Origin: Eremomyces bilateralis CBS 781.70
Taxonomy: Eukaryota
NCBI GenBank assembly: GCA_010015585.1
Contig: ML975155.1
DNA length: 64,000 bases
Direction: 5' to 3' (one strand)
Every line of letters starts with the position of its first letter. Position 1 is the first letter of the stretch. The notes under the pieces are model-generated. The model ran no database searches. It was not told where the DNA came from and was given only the letters and a program-made list of their open reading frames with translations. Both the position numbers and the translations under genes were made by a program. Of this stretch, positions 62,367 through 64,000 are shown piece by piece.

Positions 62367-63548
62367 TCAGTATTTGCTTTCGAAGCTCGCCCCAAGACCA
62401 TACAACCCTTTGACCAAGCCTAAGACAGCCTCGAATGTTGGATCTCCTGGCTCTTTCTTAGTGGCTCTTTTGGTGATGATCGTCGCTTCCACATCTGGCA
62501 CCTTCCAGTCCTTTAATGTGGTTTTGAGGTCTAGCGACTCGACCAGATCTAATATGGCCTTCCCTACGGCTTTCGCATCGGCAATGTCATCCCCACTGCG
62601 TGGGCGCCCAATGTAAGGGAGCATTCTGGCGATCTGGGCTGCGTCCGCGGGGTTAGACTCTGCCTTTAGCTGTACAACGTGACCAAGCGTCAGGCATGAC
62701 GTGAAGCCGTGGGGGATGGAGTATGGTGAGCCGAGTGCGTAGCCGAGGACATGACTAAGGCCGAGTGGGCCAGAGACATTAAGGCCCAGGAATCCGAGCG
62801 AGGCAAAGGCGCCGAGTTGAAGGTGCGTGATGGTCTCCTCGTTGCGAGGATCTTGTTTATACTTCGGGAGGTATGTAAATAAAGTTGAGATCGCTGATAG
62901 ACACATCTGGCGAGCAGGAATCTCCGTCGCATTTGGATGATACATGAGTTCGACGGCGTGGTCGATTGCGCGGAAGCCGGTGGAAATCCAGAGTCGTGGC
63001 GGTGTCTCCAGAGCGAATATAGAGTCATATATGACCACACGGGGTGCCAGTGCGGGATCACTGACGGCTATCTTGAGGCCGTGTTCATTGGAGTAGCCGC
63101 CATTCATTGTGCATTCCGCAGCACTTAGCGTCGTGGGAATAGTGATGTGGAACAAGTATTTTCCCAGCTTCTCGTTCACACGGTAAGAAATTGCCTTAGC
63201 CGAATCGATCGGGCTCCCGCCGCCGACACTGATGATTGTGTCGATATTCGGATCCTCGACCACACGGTCGGTTGCCTGGTCCAGTTGAGCTACGGGAGCA
63301 TGCTGCTTGATGTCCGCAAATGTCCCGGCATGGTTCGCACCAAGCAAGCTTTCAACCTGTTTAATGAGGCCGGTCTTCGTAGCCAGCGAAGAACCGGTTA
63401 TGATGAAAGCTTTCGACTTCGGTGATGGAAGGGCATTGACTAATTGCTTCGACACGGAACCCGATCCATAATACAATTGCTGCAACTGTGTCGGCTTCCA
63501 CAGCCCAGACGAGGTATTCGTTGTACTCGCCATTGATTCACCAGGCAT
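62367..63548 (-). CDS. Iron-containing alcohol dehydrogenase / maleylacetate-reductase family protein
   Basis: 393-aa ORF with SVGGGSPIDSAKA, IPTTLSAAE, RAIDHAVE, GLSHVLGYALG and IPHG. Confidence 0.92.
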   Translation of the reverse strand: MPGESMASTTNTSSGLWKPTQLQQLYYGSGSVSKQLVNALPSPKSKAFIITGSSLATKTGLIKQVESLLGANHAGTFADIKQHAPVAQLDQATDRVVEDPNIDTIISVGGGSPIDSAKAISYRVNEKLGKYLFHITIPTTLSAAECTMNGGYSNEHGLKIAVSDPALAPRVVIYDSIFALETPPRLWISTGFRAIDHAVELMYHPNATEIPARQMCLSAISTLFTYLPKYKQDPRNEETITHLQLGAFASLGFLGLNVSGPLGLSHVLGYALGSPYSIPHGFTSCLTLGHVVQLKAESNPADAAQIARMLPYIGRPRSGDDIADAKAVGKAILDLVESLDLKTTLKDWKVPDVEATIITKRATKKEPGDPTFEAVLGLVKGLYGLGASFESKY

Positions 63549-64000
63549 TGGGTTATGCTTTATTATTGGCAGTAACAGTTTTAGTGAGAATGGGAAGTTC
63601 TCAACCCCGAGGCAAACAGGAAGTCAACGGCAATTGCGGAGCAGTGTTGCACGGCTTGGTAAGCTGTGTGACTTCAATCCGAGGTCCAATAAAGCGGGTG
63701 AGAATTGGTGAGACTAATCACTAAAGTAAAAGTAACATGAACATTTGTAGACTTTTTGTTGTCTTCGAAACAGTATAATCGGTAAAAGGAACGACGGCAA
63801 GTTGACCGCCAGAATGCCAGAATGGCCGCCTCGGCCGCCTCGGCCCACCGTGCACGCTCATTGGTCGAAACCCTTCATCCGAAGATTTCCCGGCCGCTCT
63901 GCCCAATCCGCCTGCTTCGACGTCACATATAAAACGCGCATTCCACCATTCCTTCTTCTGCCGTTTTATTTCGTCGCTCTCGTCGTCTTCCCCTTCCTTC

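Noticed and set aside
1..64000. tRNA, rRNA or snoRNA genes
   Set aside because: None recognised by eye; tRNAscan-SE and cmscan would be needed to exclude them.

Overview
Eukaryotic, intron-containing DNA from a filamentous ascomycete. The evidence is GT..AG introns with CTRAY branch points and Pezizomycotina-type genes. About 20 intact genes are supported: an NDT80-family transcription factor, SRP receptor beta, a CoA-binding protein, ACB1, TDP1, a GPI-anchored GH16 glucanase, BYE1, a CCDC16-like protein, YSC84/LSB3, an NmrA-like reductase, MTR10, SmE, FAU1, ROT1, a GFA-family protein, URA9, a bZIP factor and an Fe-ADH. There is also one intact Fot1/pogo transposon (33622-35433, perfect 54-bp TIRs, TA TSD) and several decayed genes. 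The best candidate for an undescribed system is a three-gene island at 47082-51987. It pairs a non-Mca1 caspase-fold protease head-to-head with a small SH3/Tudor-like protein and a DUF6594-like 3-TM membrane protein, a layout reminiscent of protease/pore-effector cell-death clusters. Other oddities are a membrane-protein ORF ending 22 nt before the TDP1 ATG, repeated C-rich to G-rich skew inversions that ignore gene orientation, and an over-represented intergenic TACGGA(A/G)TA motif. All family assignments come from motif recognition by eye; no database search was run.
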